From positions 107,812 through 171,811 of the forward strand of contig CAWHIA010000006.1 in the NCBI GenBank assembly GCA_963829155.1: DNA of 64,000 nt, written 5' to 3'. Under the pieces are notes generated by a model that saw only the letters and a program-made list of their open reading frames with translations, was not told where the DNA came from and did not search any database. Positions 11,801 through 19,560 of the stretch are shown here, piece after piece; the stretch's first letter is position 1; the number at the start of each line of letters is the position of its first letter. The DNA comes from an uncultured Chloroflexia bacterium (GTDB lineage Bacteria; Chloroflexota; Limnocylindria; Limnocylindrales; CSP1-4). The position numbers and the translations under genes were made by a program.

Positions 11801-12602
11801 CGCCGTCCTGACACCGTTCGAACAGGCGGTGGGCGAGCTCGTCGGAACCATGCCCTGCATCAACGTCGTCGGGGACCGCACCCAGCACCACGTGATCGAG
11901 ATCGCGTACGCCTTCGAGCCGCTGACGGACTACCTGATCGACGTCGTCGCCGTCCCGTCCGGCGCGGCGGCATCGGCGACGGGCCGGCGAATCCACCGTA
12001 TCGGCTTCACCTCGTCGCGTTTCGGGACGATCGGCGAGCTCGCCGACCTCACGCGCCTGGCCGATGTCGAGCACCGGCTGTGCCCGACGCCCGCGGCGCT
12101 CATGGCGCTCCCCGTGGTTCCCGCGGGGAACCAACTGGACGACGCGTTCACGGCCGCCGGTCTCGGGGCACCGCAGGTCCCGCGCTACCCGAGGGTGCAG
12201 GTGCTCTGGTCGCCGGACGCGGTCCCGCAGCCCATCGCCGTCGTGGTCGAGGGCAGCGAGTCCATGTGGCGCACACGCCCGATGCCCAAGCAGGTGCCGG
12301 GGCCGCCGGATGCGTCCGATCCCGGGCACAAGTGGTGGGCGGCCGTTCGCGGCGACTGGCTCTCGCTGGCCACGTCGACCGCCGTCGTTGCCGCGGGCGA
12401 GCCGGCCCGGGCCGGGATCACCCGGATTGTGCCCGGCCCCGGCGGGACGCGGGCGGTGGTGCTGCTCGCCGCCGGTGCCCGCGGATCAGAGGTCAGGCTG
12501 GACCTCGTCGTGGCGGGCGATGCGCTCGCTGGAAGCGCGGAGCAGCGGTCGGAAGCGGTACGGCTGCTGCTCGACCGGGCGCCCTGGGAGGTTGTGGACT
12601 GA
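5814..12602 (+). CDS. Giant hypothetical protein (2262 aa): Ig/PKD-like modules, OmpA-like domain, DUF6603-like beta-rich region
   Basis: Open frame with strong GC3 bias from ATG 5814 (MSLWDD). OmpA-like 'VQGWASYEG...NQALSERRRDALIRIL' at ~7370-7490; 'EVEFPVPIPLGNSGLGLYGFLGGVGVNYG' at ~8815-8900. No N-terminal signal peptide. The ORF track's upstream 296 aa are a shadow extension. Confidence 0.8.
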   Translation: MSLWDDLPATLRDSGSADGLRPLLENVDTPASTTESDGEGTWRVYRDSFGGSDPLSIDPATGSFTRGPVANRATTPLEFPDPRVNVELALRLDGAGDPDGTVRLTVATPSAILRLPFLRGALLDAQGQLRPDPANPDVRFLLPAFRIRVRREAAGGVSASLLSASTGAPVDQIYDFVRMEPAHALIGPGNTVGFAFRAAVLDLSGTAGPSGVPPEARAMPGDWQGLWLPEARLFVSPNGLEGLAVSAGVRDLWIGIGRHAGVTGVFEAEVVNRGAAPKVRLRFQTPSGEWIGVPDIDGGTPIDVPETSTVYVDGNGGIAPLAYTLRVGGGASTSTDRAAVTAPGAGTVSIAATVTDGGGHTATRTISVRRRTGGPGGGPAAPGGQAIAVRMTSATPSRVVVTGQTATSVTVALVPGDGDITWTWPGAAPVTAATATVPVAAGAPVVVTAVRTHAAAAVLPIDAYTLFNRPSATEGNAFADNPLNVHAEPASDRDGWGPSPVLMDQAFCDRIAALPAGTTWSVQGWASYEGDDSAGQRGRNQALSERRRDALIRILECAGATGVSSGTAHGHDAARDGVSPDPPDPAPAPGVPSWWHARATASLGAATTETVTAELTRPPAQAPLDPDPRPTDPGRPDFFRKIGVRVELIRSTFVRAELYGEFDIHTAAEERIEANTTATPPPRTNPNDGICTFLVRLRIAEDRSSWLVSAELRAIDADLDGLAKLERGATGDQTAVDIIGSVAALGPLLAAATPPSPTAGELVPMVILTGAAVGIGASGVLQTRYVILRGGELVISDGIVDPATGSGPTTTQVSVLLDVETAFTFDLGFIKVRPEQPIVTRYKSLGLRSTWDARPQPDGTIEYVPLPVFDPSKGYTLDVPAGSLVAADPLGEVLRVLGVRVSRDNPTYLEVEVGMGVDLGIIRVDTVRVRLRLDQAELPQLTKLGASIDVPGVLHGAGFVEITQFGFKGALDLTVQPLNVRVAAVLAVETINGVTGVLVGAEVEFPVPIPLGNSGLGLYGFLGGVGVNYGRKEPVGVQAAALKWLEQQLGPSRNNVMHPDGWEHRAGAYAFAAGILLGTAEGGFIVHLKGIVIIEVPGPRLMLVMKADVLKMPPVLKSQSSATFLAVLDIDFGRGTITLGVVAAYQIQSVLKVRIPVTAFFDTNHPEQWFVDLGSYTEPVTVEVLDVLTGMGYLMVHGAGLTIPSLSVTTTGLTIAVGFHISAVLMGSKSVGLYFEVAAGFDALVSFEPFLIAGRIYARGELRLFIVGISASAELDVLVGRQLVNGAEVEKSWIHGEVCGEVDFFFFSVSACLDFTLGTNAPPPPAAPLLVKGVSLVNRSPALVEGTATDRAVDGKLGDASEQDAFAPVAGVPAAPVPSVPLDAIPVVLFDVAPVVAGGGIVLGGVAAGASGLPANPWTRRGDLWWRYKLTGVELVGAVQPAPPAGKTPATWWARGLPGDPQVGPALALLDWLPTPTPRAVPYGERLDTTIRDRWGRVCDPVAEPAAVLWTFDGKPIGPSVAGWRLAGVPWPDDPGSFRSSPVSGRLRVTERWRSGDPYTDVLQGTEPAVAVGDVVACPRPEGEPIVSIDAWAKGQPLTFSHAALPMTGGSLQGVAELIADGTSLLDLAARWADEGWDGRLSRLPLDCEGRILRSPSGDDEEPAPDGEPEDQQLVLDSWGRTGFKPSDLEDSLLLRADGGLSSLRLLLLIPRRFIEQGLLVLRSRDDTGNVVDERRITGGDIVGAGNPVPARWTDPAGPWADPVERAGRIAARVDAQERSLLAVLVSTDLPTDVAEVELGWDREGLRKHEQSASAFWLVAAEGLVAAERYRHDWDTSVLDEERSVLETVLTQDPDDHALLIPGTAYTVRIRWQGQSVDQDGQPAPNHPEGYGPIQTQEFRFDADAAAEAPTDLGPWILASAPSMNETGILCREPVRIALATQNVAALFAAYGEELRVLVRSASGRHPEPPGGGPAGAAVAIPVGVGGIVKASSPALAVLTPFEQAVGELVGTMPCINVVGDRTQHHVIEIAYAFEPLTDYLIDVVAVPSGAAASATGRRIHRIGFTSSRFGTIGELADLTRLADVEHRLCPTPAALMALPVVPAGNQLDDAFTAAGLGAPQVPRYPRVQVLWSPDAVPQPIAVVVEGSESMWRTRPMPKQVPGPPDASDPGHKWWAAVRGDWLSLATSTAVVAAGEPARAGITRIVPGPGGTRAVVLLAAGARGSEVRLDLVVAGDALAGSAEQRSEAVRLLLDRAPWEVVD

Positions 12603-15600
12603 TGGCCGGGCTGCGCATCGCCTCGGCGTACTGGTTCCGCGCCGAGGGCGCCGTCATCCCATGGTCGGAGGTCTTCGAGCGTGAGCTCGAACGGCTCCGT
12701 GGCGCCGAGGTCGACGAGCGTCTCCTCGCCCGGCGCAAGGAGGCGATCGGCAAGACCCCGGTCCAGGTCGCGCTGCGCTGGTCGTGCGCGGACCGCCTGG
12801 GCGTGCCGATCGAGCCGTTCACCGTGTGGGTACGGCTCCCGCACGACGAGGCGAAGCAGGTGGATGTCCAGGAGAGCACCGTCGACGGCGGTACCCGCCT
12901 GTCTTGGAGGGGCGCGGCCGCGATCATCCAGGTGAGCTGCGACGTCGTCGACCCGTCGCGCGCGGTGGGCCTGTTCGCGAGCCGCGGCGGCCTGTCGCTG
13001 CGCGAGACGGTCGGCGCGGTGTCGGTCCGCCAGCCGAACGGCGGCCGGGTCTCCCTCGATGTGCGCACGCCGGGCGCCACCCGGGCGTTGCTCGTGAACG
13101 GCACCAACCCGCAAGTCGGCATCCGGCTCCTTCAGGACGTCCTCGACGATCCGGGTTGGCGCGAGCTCGAGCGCGTCGGCCTGCCTGCCGACGACCCGTG
13201 GGCCGGCACGGCCTACCGCCCCACGCCGCAGGGCCTCGTGACGGCCCTCACGGATCCGGTCACGGCCGCGCTCGAGCGACTCGACCGCGGCAGCCCGCCG
13301 ATCGGCTGGGAGGTTGCGACCGAGACCGGACGGCTCGCCCCGACCTGGGCTGCGCCCGACCCCACGCGACTCGTGGAGGAGATCCGCAAGACGGTGCTGC
13401 CGGTCGTCGAGCCGATCCTCGCGCCTGGCATCCTGCCGCCCGACCAGGCGGCCGTTCCGCCGTGGACGCCGACGGTTGCCGGTCCCCAACGCGGGACCCG
13501 CGCTGGGACGCTGCCCGCGAGTGCGAAGATGGCCGCCCTGTCGCTGTTGACGTTGCCGGCGGCGTCCGAGCCGTTCCTGGCCCTCGGCCTCGGGTTCGGG
13601 ACGGCGTACCGCCTCGAGGACGGGCACGACGTCGGCATCGACGGTCCGCTGTCGCGCGCCGAGTTCCTGGTCACGGGCGAGTACGACGAGACGCCACGCC
13701 GCACCGGCCCGGCGACGGTCTGCGCGTACGTGCCCTCGCCGGCCGTCCATGGCCGAATGACCCGGCCGACGAACCTCGTCGCGGACCGGGCAGGGCTCGT
13801 GGCCCCGGACGCGACCGACGAACCGTGGCGCGAGTCCGTGCGCGTGACCTGGGATCGGCTCCCGTCCGCGGCCGCCCTCGGGCGCCCATCCGGCGCGCTG
13901 GTCGCCCGCTTCGACCCTGCCGGTGCGCCGGTCGCCGAGGCGCTCGTCGAACGCCGGCCCGCGGGCGACCTCCGTCCCCTTATCCCCGTGCCGGATGGAC
14001 CACCCGATACGCCTGGCCACGCCCGGACATCGCTCGTCGACCGGGCCGCCGAGATCCCGCTGGGCAGCGGCGGTCGAAGCGCCGGCTACGCCGTAGCAGT
14101 CGAAGACGTGTTCGGCGTCTGGTCGACGTGGGAGGACGTGACGTACTCGGGGCTGGAACCCGGACCTCCGCTGCCTCGGGTCCTGGCGCTCTCGCTCTCG
14201 AGCACGTACTCCGGGGCCGCCGTCTGTCCGGCCACGCTCGAGGTCGAGCTGTCGGTCGACTGGGCGGACCGCACGCCGACGGGTGTCGACCTGGCCGCCT
14301 CCTTCTTCCCGATGTCCGGGCCGAACGCCGGGCCGCCCCCGGGCATCGACCCGGACTTGCCGGCACCGCCGGGCTGCTTCCGGCGAGACGTCGCGATCCC
14401 GTTCACCGGCGCAAGCCTCGGCCCCGCGAGTGGTCTCACGATCGATCATCTCGACTCGGCCGGCCAGGAGCTCGTGGCTCCGGGAAACCTGCAGGGCATC
14501 CAGGGCCGCCGGTACCGCGTCCGACTCCCGATCCCCACGCTCGACTTCGGGTCGACGCCGCGCTGGGGCGTCCAGGTCTGGCTGCGGACCTCCCTCCTGG
14601 CGCTTCCCGGCGTGATGCCGTGGTCGCCCGATCCGGGCCATCCGGCCCTGACTGCCGCGGCGAGCCCAGTCCCGGCCGCGCCGCTCCCGGCGCCCCTGCC
14701 GCCGGGCGTCCCCCTCGGGTCCACGCCGGACGCCCAGGGGCAGAGCCATGCTCGCGTTCTGTGGTCGATCCCGGCCGGCTCCGACGTCGCGACGGTCGTC
14801 GTGTGGGAGGCGTCGGAGTCGGCAATCCGATCGGCCGCGTCGGAGGCGCCGCGCGCGCCCGATGGCCAGCTCCCGGGCTGGCGGCTGGCCGACCTCCGGG
14901 TGGCGTACGACGGCCTGACGCCCGCACGACGTCGCAGCGCGTTCCGGAAGCTCCGCGAGCTCCCGGGGACCGCCCGCGACACAGACATTGCGCTCCCGAA
15001 GGGGTCCACGGACATCCACCTGTTTGCGGTCACGACCATCACGTCGACGGGGGTCGAGTCGCCGTGGCCGGCCGGTACCCCCGCGCATGAGCAGCTTCAG
15101 GCGGTCATGGCGCCGCGACTCCGGCAGCCCGCAGCACCCACCTTGCGCACCACCGTCGCCGCGGACGGCACGGTCACCATGCGGGCCGCCAGCGCGAGCC
15201 GGATTCCTGTCCAATGGTTCCGCCTGTTCCGCACGCGGTCGGCGGTTGCGGCGCGATCGGCCGAGACGATGGGCCCGCCGTTCGCGGTGGTGGGGGCGGT
15301 CGCGCCCGCTCCCGGCACGCTCCCCGACCCGGGCACCGGCGAGCTGACCTACACGGCGACGTGGAGCGGTTCGTTCGACCCGTCGTGGGACGAGTGGCTC
15401 GTCCGGGCTGTCGCCGTGCCAGTGGACGGCGTGCCGCCGGAGGCCGTGCGCGGCATTCCGTCGCCAGCCTGCGACGTGGTCGGTCTGGTGGTCCTGCCCC
15501 CGGGGCCGCCCGACCTCGCGCTCCTCGTCGGCGACATCTGGGGCGCGGCGCACGATGGCGTCGTCGTCCGGGCCTCGACATCCGCGCCCGTCCGCACCGT

Positions 15601-16258
15601 CGCGCTCGGGAGCCACCGGATCGGCGGCAACGCCGGCGCCGACACCATCGCGCTGGTGTCGCTCGAGTCGCTCGCCGAGGACCTGGCCGAGCCGCCCGCC
15701 GGCGCGACGCCCGGCCCCGCGCTCGTGCGCGGGGAGCGGGCGACCGGTCGAACGCCGCTGACGGTTTGGTTCACGCGCCCTGTCGCGGCCGATCCCGTCG
15801 CCGTCACGCTGCGCGTGGTGGATCCGCTTGGTCGGATCACCGAGCAGGCGCTGACGGTGCCAGGCTGGGTCCCACCCGCGCCGCCGACGCTCGACTTGCT
15901 CGACGTCGTCACGCTCGTTGGACGCGGCACGGTGGTCACCATCCGCTCCGACGCCCCGATCGACGCCAGTCCGCCGTTCGTGATGGACGTCGTTGCCCGT
16001 CGTTCAGGTGGCCGCAGGCCGACGCCGTTCCCGCCACTGGGTATTCCCCAGGTCCTCACCCGGTCGTTCCCGTTGGATACGATCCCCGAACGCCCAGGCC
16101 CGTTCCCGCTTGCCCGGCCGATTCAAGCGATCCGAACCACCGGAGGCGTTCCCTTCGAATACGAAGTCCTGATCCGCATGGAGCCACCATTCGCGGCGCG
16201 GGTCACCATCGTGGCGCCCGACGGCGCCCGTGCATCGATCGATGTGGCGGTCCCGTAG
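12602..16258 (+). CDS. Large hypothetical protein (1218 aa) with probable tandem FnIII/Ig-like beta-sandwich modules
   Basis: TGATG overlap with the upstream giant gene. Pro/Trp-rich beta-strand patterns such as 'VRVTWDR', 'YAVAVEDVFGVWSTW', 'FAVTTITSTGVESPW'. No signal peptide. Confidence 0.75.
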   Translation: MAGLRIASAYWFRAEGAVIPWSEVFERELERLRGAEVDERLLARRKEAIGKTPVQVALRWSCADRLGVPIEPFTVWVRLPHDEAKQVDVQESTVDGGTRLSWRGAAAIIQVSCDVVDPSRAVGLFASRGGLSLRETVGAVSVRQPNGGRVSLDVRTPGATRALLVNGTNPQVGIRLLQDVLDDPGWRELERVGLPADDPWAGTAYRPTPQGLVTALTDPVTAALERLDRGSPPIGWEVATETGRLAPTWAAPDPTRLVEEIRKTVLPVVEPILAPGILPPDQAAVPPWTPTVAGPQRGTRAGTLPASAKMAALSLLTLPAASEPFLALGLGFGTAYRLEDGHDVGIDGPLSRAEFLVTGEYDETPRRTGPATVCAYVPSPAVHGRMTRPTNLVADRAGLVAPDATDEPWRESVRVTWDRLPSAAALGRPSGALVARFDPAGAPVAEALVERRPAGDLRPLIPVPDGPPDTPGHARTSLVDRAAEIPLGSGGRSAGYAVAVEDVFGVWSTWEDVTYSGLEPGPPLPRVLALSLSSTYSGAAVCPATLEVELSVDWADRTPTGVDLAASFFPMSGPNAGPPPGIDPDLPAPPGCFRRDVAIPFTGASLGPASGLTIDHLDSAGQELVAPGNLQGIQGRRYRVRLPIPTLDFGSTPRWGVQVWLRTSLLALPGVMPWSPDPGHPALTAAASPVPAAPLPAPLPPGVPLGSTPDAQGQSHARVLWSIPAGSDVATVVVWEASESAIRSAASEAPRAPDGQLPGWRLADLRVAYDGLTPARRRSAFRKLRELPGTARDTDIALPKGSTDIHLFAVTTITSTGVESPWPAGTPAHEQLQAVMAPRLRQPAAPTLRTTVAADGTVTMRAASASRIPVQWFRLFRTRSAVAARSAETMGPPFAVVGAVAPAPGTLPDPGTGELTYTATWSGSFDPSWDEWLVRAVAVPVDGVPPEAVRGIPSPACDVVGLVVLPPGPPDLALLVGDIWGAAHDGVVVRASTSAPVRTVALGSHRIGGNAGADTIALVSLESLAEDLAEPPAGATPGPALVRGERATGRTPLTVWFTRPVAADPVAVTLRVVDPLGRITEQALTVPGWVPPAPPTLDLLDVVTLVGRGTVVTIRSDAPIDASPPFVMDVVARRSGGRRPTPFPPLGIPQVLTRSFPLDTIPERPGPFPLARPIQAIRTTGGVPFEYEVLIRMEPPFAARVTIVAPDGARASIDVAVP

Positions 16259-16261
16259 CGG

Positions 16262-16507
16262 TTACTGCTGGTAGCGCTCCACGACCTCCGCCGGGCGGAG
16301 CTGCGCCTCCTCGGGGTCGAGGCCGGCGTCGCGGCGCGCCTGGCGCTGGTGGAGCAGGTCGTAGCACCGGTCGAGCTCGACCTTGATCGTGTCCAGGCGC
16401 TCCTGGTCGGCGGTGCCGAGCCCCCCACCCGCCGAGGCGCGCTCCCAGAGCTGCGCCTCCTCGTTGGCGAGGGCGTTGATGTGGTCCAGGATCGGGCGGT
16501 CCGTCAT
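16262..16507 (-). CDS. DUF2630 family small protein
   Basis: 81 aa; 'ILDHINALANEEAQLW', 'LDRCYDLLHQRQARRDAGLDP...RPAEVVERYQQ'. Confidence 0.8.
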   Translation of the reverse strand: MTDRPILDHINALANEEAQLWERASAGGGLGTADQERLDTIKVELDRCYDLLHQRQARRDAGLDPEEAQLRPAEVVERYQQ

Positions 16508-16599
16508 GGGTGAAGCTCCGGTGCGGTGACTCGAGACGAGCCTACCGCGCCATCGCCTGTGGCGGCGGCTGGCGCGGTTCGTCTACCTGGGTTCCTCGG

Positions 16600-17127
16600 C
16601 TACCGGGCGGTCGCGTGCGTCCGCGACGCGAGCCGCGACTCGAGGCCGGGGACGGCGAGCGTCGCCAGCCCAACGACGATGCCGGCGACCAGCAGGAGCG
16701 CCCGAATCGTCGGGTCGACCGAGAGGCCGAGCGCCGCGTCGATCCCGATGGCACCCGGACCGGCCAGGCCGACGGCGGCCGCGCCGACGCCGAGGACGAG
16801 CGGGAACTCGATCCCGGACTTGCTGTTGAAGAAGCCGTGCGGCAGGTGGACCTTGCCGATGATCACGGTGGTCTGCGCAACGAGGATCGCGGCCACGAGC
16901 GGGGTCAGGAAGCCGACCGCGAGCAGCAGGCCGCCGACGAGCTCGACCAGGGCCGAGACGGTCCCGAACAGCTTGGCGGGCCGGAAGCCCATGTGCTCGA
17001 TGATGCCCGTCCAGGCGTTCAGCCCGGGGCCGCCCCACCAGCCGAAGACCTTCTGCGCGCCGTGCGCGGCGAACGTGAGCCCCACCGCGAGCTGGAGGAT
17101 GAAGAGAGAGAGTTCGTTTGCGTCCAT
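16600..17127 (-). CDS. DoxX family membrane protein
   Basis: 'GLTFAAHGAQKVFGWWGGPGL', 'ELVGGLLLAVGFLTP', 'GIEFPLVL'. Confidence 0.9.
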   Translation of the reverse strand: MDANELSLFILQLAVGLTFAAHGAQKVFGWWGGPGLNAWTGIIEHMGFRPAKLFGTVSALVELVGGLLLAVGFLTPLVAAILVAQTTVIIGKVHLPHGFFNSKSGIEFPLVLGVGAAAVGLAGPGAIGIDAALGLSVDPTIRALLLVAGIVVGLATLAVPGLESRLASRTHATAR

Positions 17128-17184
17128 GTTCGTTCCGTAGCCTCGATGTGTGTTGATGGCAACACCACTTGTCCGACACCAAGA

Positions 17185-17217
17185 ACGCTACGCCTAGATA
17201 GTTGCAATGTCAACGAT
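17185..17217 (-). promoter_or_regulatory. doxX promoter overlapped by an inverted-repeat operator (MarR-like)
   Basis: Minus strand TTGACA (17213-17208)-N17-TAGCGT (17190-17185). The imperfect palindrome ATAGTTG-CAATGT-CAACGAT (17198-17217) covers the -35 box within an AT-rich patch. Confidence 0.6.
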
Positions 17218-17273
17218 ATTCTGGGACATGCGGCTCTCGACCGCCGATCGGCCGAGATGCGATCCTCCGCGTC

Positions 17274-17843
17274 ATGGGCGAGCCGGGTCGGGTCGAGGTG
17301 GTCTGCGGGCCGATGTTCGCGGGCAAGACCGAGGAGCTGCTGCGGCGCGTCCGGCGCGCGACGATCGCGGGCCGCCGGGTCGTCGTGTTCAACCACGCGC
17401 TCGACACGCGGCACGGCGCCGACCGCCTCGCCTCGCACGCGGGCACCGACTTCCCGTCGCTGGCCGCGTCGAGCCCAAACGAGATCGAGGCGGCCGTTCC
17501 GGACGGCACGGACGTGGTGGCGATCGACGAGGCGCAATTCTTCGGGCCCTCGATCGTCCCGGTGGTCGGCCGGCTCGCCGATCGTGGCATCGTCGTCATC
17601 GTCGCGGGGCTCGACGTCACCTTCGACGGCCGCCCGTTCGAGCCGCTCCCCTCCCTCATGGCGCTGGCGGAGCGGGTCGACAAGCTGACCGCGATCTGCA
17701 CCGTGTGCGGTGAGGAGGCGGTCTTCCACGTCAAGCTCGCGGCGACCGCGGCCGGCCCCGATGACCTCGTCGCGGCCAACGTGGGCGGGACGGACCTCTA
17801 CCAGGCGCGCTGCCGGCGCCACTTCACGATGGCAGCCCCCTGA
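17274..17843 (+). CDS. tdk: Thymidine kinase
   Basis: 'GPMFAGKTEEL', 'AIDEAQF', 'AGLDVTFDGRPF', zinc-site residues 'CTVCG' and 'YQARCRRH'. Confidence 0.95.
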   Translation: MGEPGRVEVVCGPMFAGKTEELLRRVRRATIAGRRVVVFNHALDTRHGADRLASHAGTDFPSLAASSPNEIEAAVPDGTDVVAIDEAQFFGPSIVPVVGRLADRGIVVIVAGLDVTFDGRPFEPLPSLMALAERVDKLTAICTVCGEEAVFHVKLAATAAGPDDLVAANVGGTDLYQARCRRHFTMAAP

Positions 17844-17902
17844 GCTACGTCCCGCGCCAGGACCGGTGACCCTCGCGAGCGCGGGCTGGTCGCAGCGCGG
17901 CC

Positions 17903-18598
17903 TTAGGTTTCCTCGGCGGGGGTCGCCTTCGCTCCTTGGCGGCGGCGAGTCGGTGTCGGCGGCGCCTCCGCCTTGGGCGTTCGCACCCGCCGGCGTTGCG
18001 ACGTCGGCGTCGCTTCGACCGCAGGCTGAGGCACCCGGAGGGCCATCCGTTGTGCCGCGATCGCTTCGAACAGCGCCTCCAGCGCGATCGGTTCCTCCTC
18101 CACGGCGGGGGCATCGAGCTCGATCGCGACAGGTGGCTCCGGGACTTGCTCGACCAGCGCGGCCGACACGGCGACGAGCGTCATGCTCGGGACCCAGCCG
18201 ACCAGATTGTCCGGCGTGCGGACCTGGGTCCAGATCTCGGCACACTCGAGCACGTTGACCTCGTCTCCCCCGTCCAGCTCCTGCATCAGCCGGCCCAGGA
18301 CGTCGTCCGGACGATCGAGGAGCGGCACGCCGTCGTAGCGAACGTGATGGAGCCCGGCGAGGTCCTCGCCGGGCGTGACGAACACCATGGGAGCACGGGC
18401 GCGCGCGATGGGCGCACGGGCGCCCGGCGCGACCGCCGGCGATCGATCCGGCCTGCGGGCGGCCGCCAGGGCGGGATCAAGCCAGCGGGGAACGCTTCGA
18501 TCGCGGCCCCCGGGATCGACAGCCGACTGCAGACCCGCGGACGACCCTTCGATCTCGGATGCATCCGACGGCCGACGGCGCCCGAGGATGTGGAACAT
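17903..18598 (-). CDS. SH3b-like domain protein with disordered flanks
   Basis: Central 'QELDGGDEVNVLECAEIWTQVRTPDNLVGWVP' matches the bacterial SH3 pattern; no signal peptide. Confidence 0.65.
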   Translation of the reverse strand: MFHILGRRRPSDASEIEGSSAGLQSAVDPGGRDRSVPRWLDPALAAARRPDRSPAVAPGARAPIARARAPMVFVTPGEDLAGLHHVRYDGVPLLDRPDDVLGRLMQELDGGDEVNVLECAEIWTQVRTPDNLVGWVPSMTLVAVSAALVEQVPEPPVAIELDAPAVEEEPIALEALFEAIAAQRMALRVPQPAVEATPTSQRRRVRTPKAEAPPTPTRRRQGAKATPAEET

Positions 18599-18854
18599 GC
18601 GCCCGGCAACGCCCGCGGGGCCACTCATGTGTCCCGACCGTCCGATGGCGTCGCCCGCATGCCGAAGGGTGCCGCGGTCGCATCAAGCGTGAGCAAAGTA
18701 CCCAGCGTCCAGAGCCTCGTTCTCCCCGGTACCAGCACCGCTAGGATCGCCCCAGAGACGGCCCGCGTCATTGGCCCTTCCGTCAGCGGTCGGCCATCCA
18801 ACGGTCCAACGACAGTCCCAATCGCGCCCGACAACCGCACGTGAATGGAGCGCC

Positions 18855-19226
18855 ATGCATACAGAAGCCGAGGTCCTCGCCGTCTCGGCATCCTGGGATG
18901 CCGCTCTGGTCGCCAACGACCCCGTGGGGTTCGCCGGCTTCGTGACCAACGACTGGGTCTACGTCGGCCCCGCCGGGGCAACCTCGAAGGGCGACATCGT
19001 CAATGCCATCACGGCAGGGCGGCTGGCGCATCACACCATGCGCACGATCGGGGTGCCACGAGTCGCGGTCTACCGCGACACCGCCATCGTGACAGCGCGC
19101 AAGGCCAGTACGGGAGCCTGGAACGGCGTGCCCTACGACGCCGACGAGTGGATCTCAGAGGTCTATGTACGGCAAGGCGGTCGATGGCTGTGTGCCCTCA
19201 GCCAGAAGTGCCCGGCAGAGCCCTGA
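18855..19226 (+). CDS. NTF2-like / DUF4440 protein
   Basis: 123 aa; 'WDAALVAND', 'VAVYRDTAIVT', 'SEVYVRQGGRW'; GGAG RBS. Confidence 0.85.
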   Translation: MHTEAEVLAVSASWDAALVANDPVGFAGFVTNDWVYVGPAGATSKGDIVNAITAGRLAHHTMRTIGVPRVAVYRDTAIVTARKASTGAWNGVPYDADEWISEVYVRQGGRWLCALSQKCPAEP

Positions 19227-19357
19227 GCCAATGAGCGCCGCTTCGAAGGGAGAACGGCCTCGCGTACCATGGCCTTGACACGCAGACCGGATCCGGTGGC
19301 GCGACGCGTCTCGCTTGTTTCCAGGATCGGGCCCGGGACATGCGAGTGGCCCAACGC

Positions 19358-19433
19358 TGGCGAGTGGCCAAATTGGTAAGGCACCTGACTCTGGATCAGG
19401 AAATTGAAGGTTCGAGTCCTTCCTCGCCAGCCA
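19358..19433 (+). tRNA. tRNA-Gln (anticodon CTG) with encoded CCA
   Basis: TGGCGAG/CTCGCCA acceptor stem (U1-A72, Gln-type), D arm, CCTGA-CTCTGGA-TCAGG anticodon arm, GAAGG-TTCGAGT-CCTTC T arm, G-CCA end; 76 nt. Confidence 0.98.
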
Positions 19434-19434
19434 A
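19391..19434 (+). repeat. attL-like core (within tRNA-Gln), copy 1 of a 44-bp direct repeat
   Basis: CTGGATCAGGAAATTGAAGGTTCGAGTCCTTCCTCGCCAGCCAA, identical to 28765-28808. Confidence 0.95.
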
Positions 19435-19560
19435 CTCCCCAAATCGTGCGCGCCAACCCCGCTCGAATCGCCCGTCCGGCAGGGACCGGCGGTAGAGGAC
19501 GGCTGACGCTGGATAAGCTCGACAGGCGGGTCGAATCCTTCCTCACCAGGCAGCTCCCGA

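Noticed and set aside
8358-15616. Very long minus-strand ORFs (1323 aa and 1143 aa) opposite the giant genes
   Set aside because: Antisense shadows of high-GC3 coding frames; Arg/Gly/His-rich composition, no motifs.
19275-19303. TTGACA upstream of tRNA-Gln as its promoter
   Set aside because: No -10-like hexamer at a 16-18 bp spacing.
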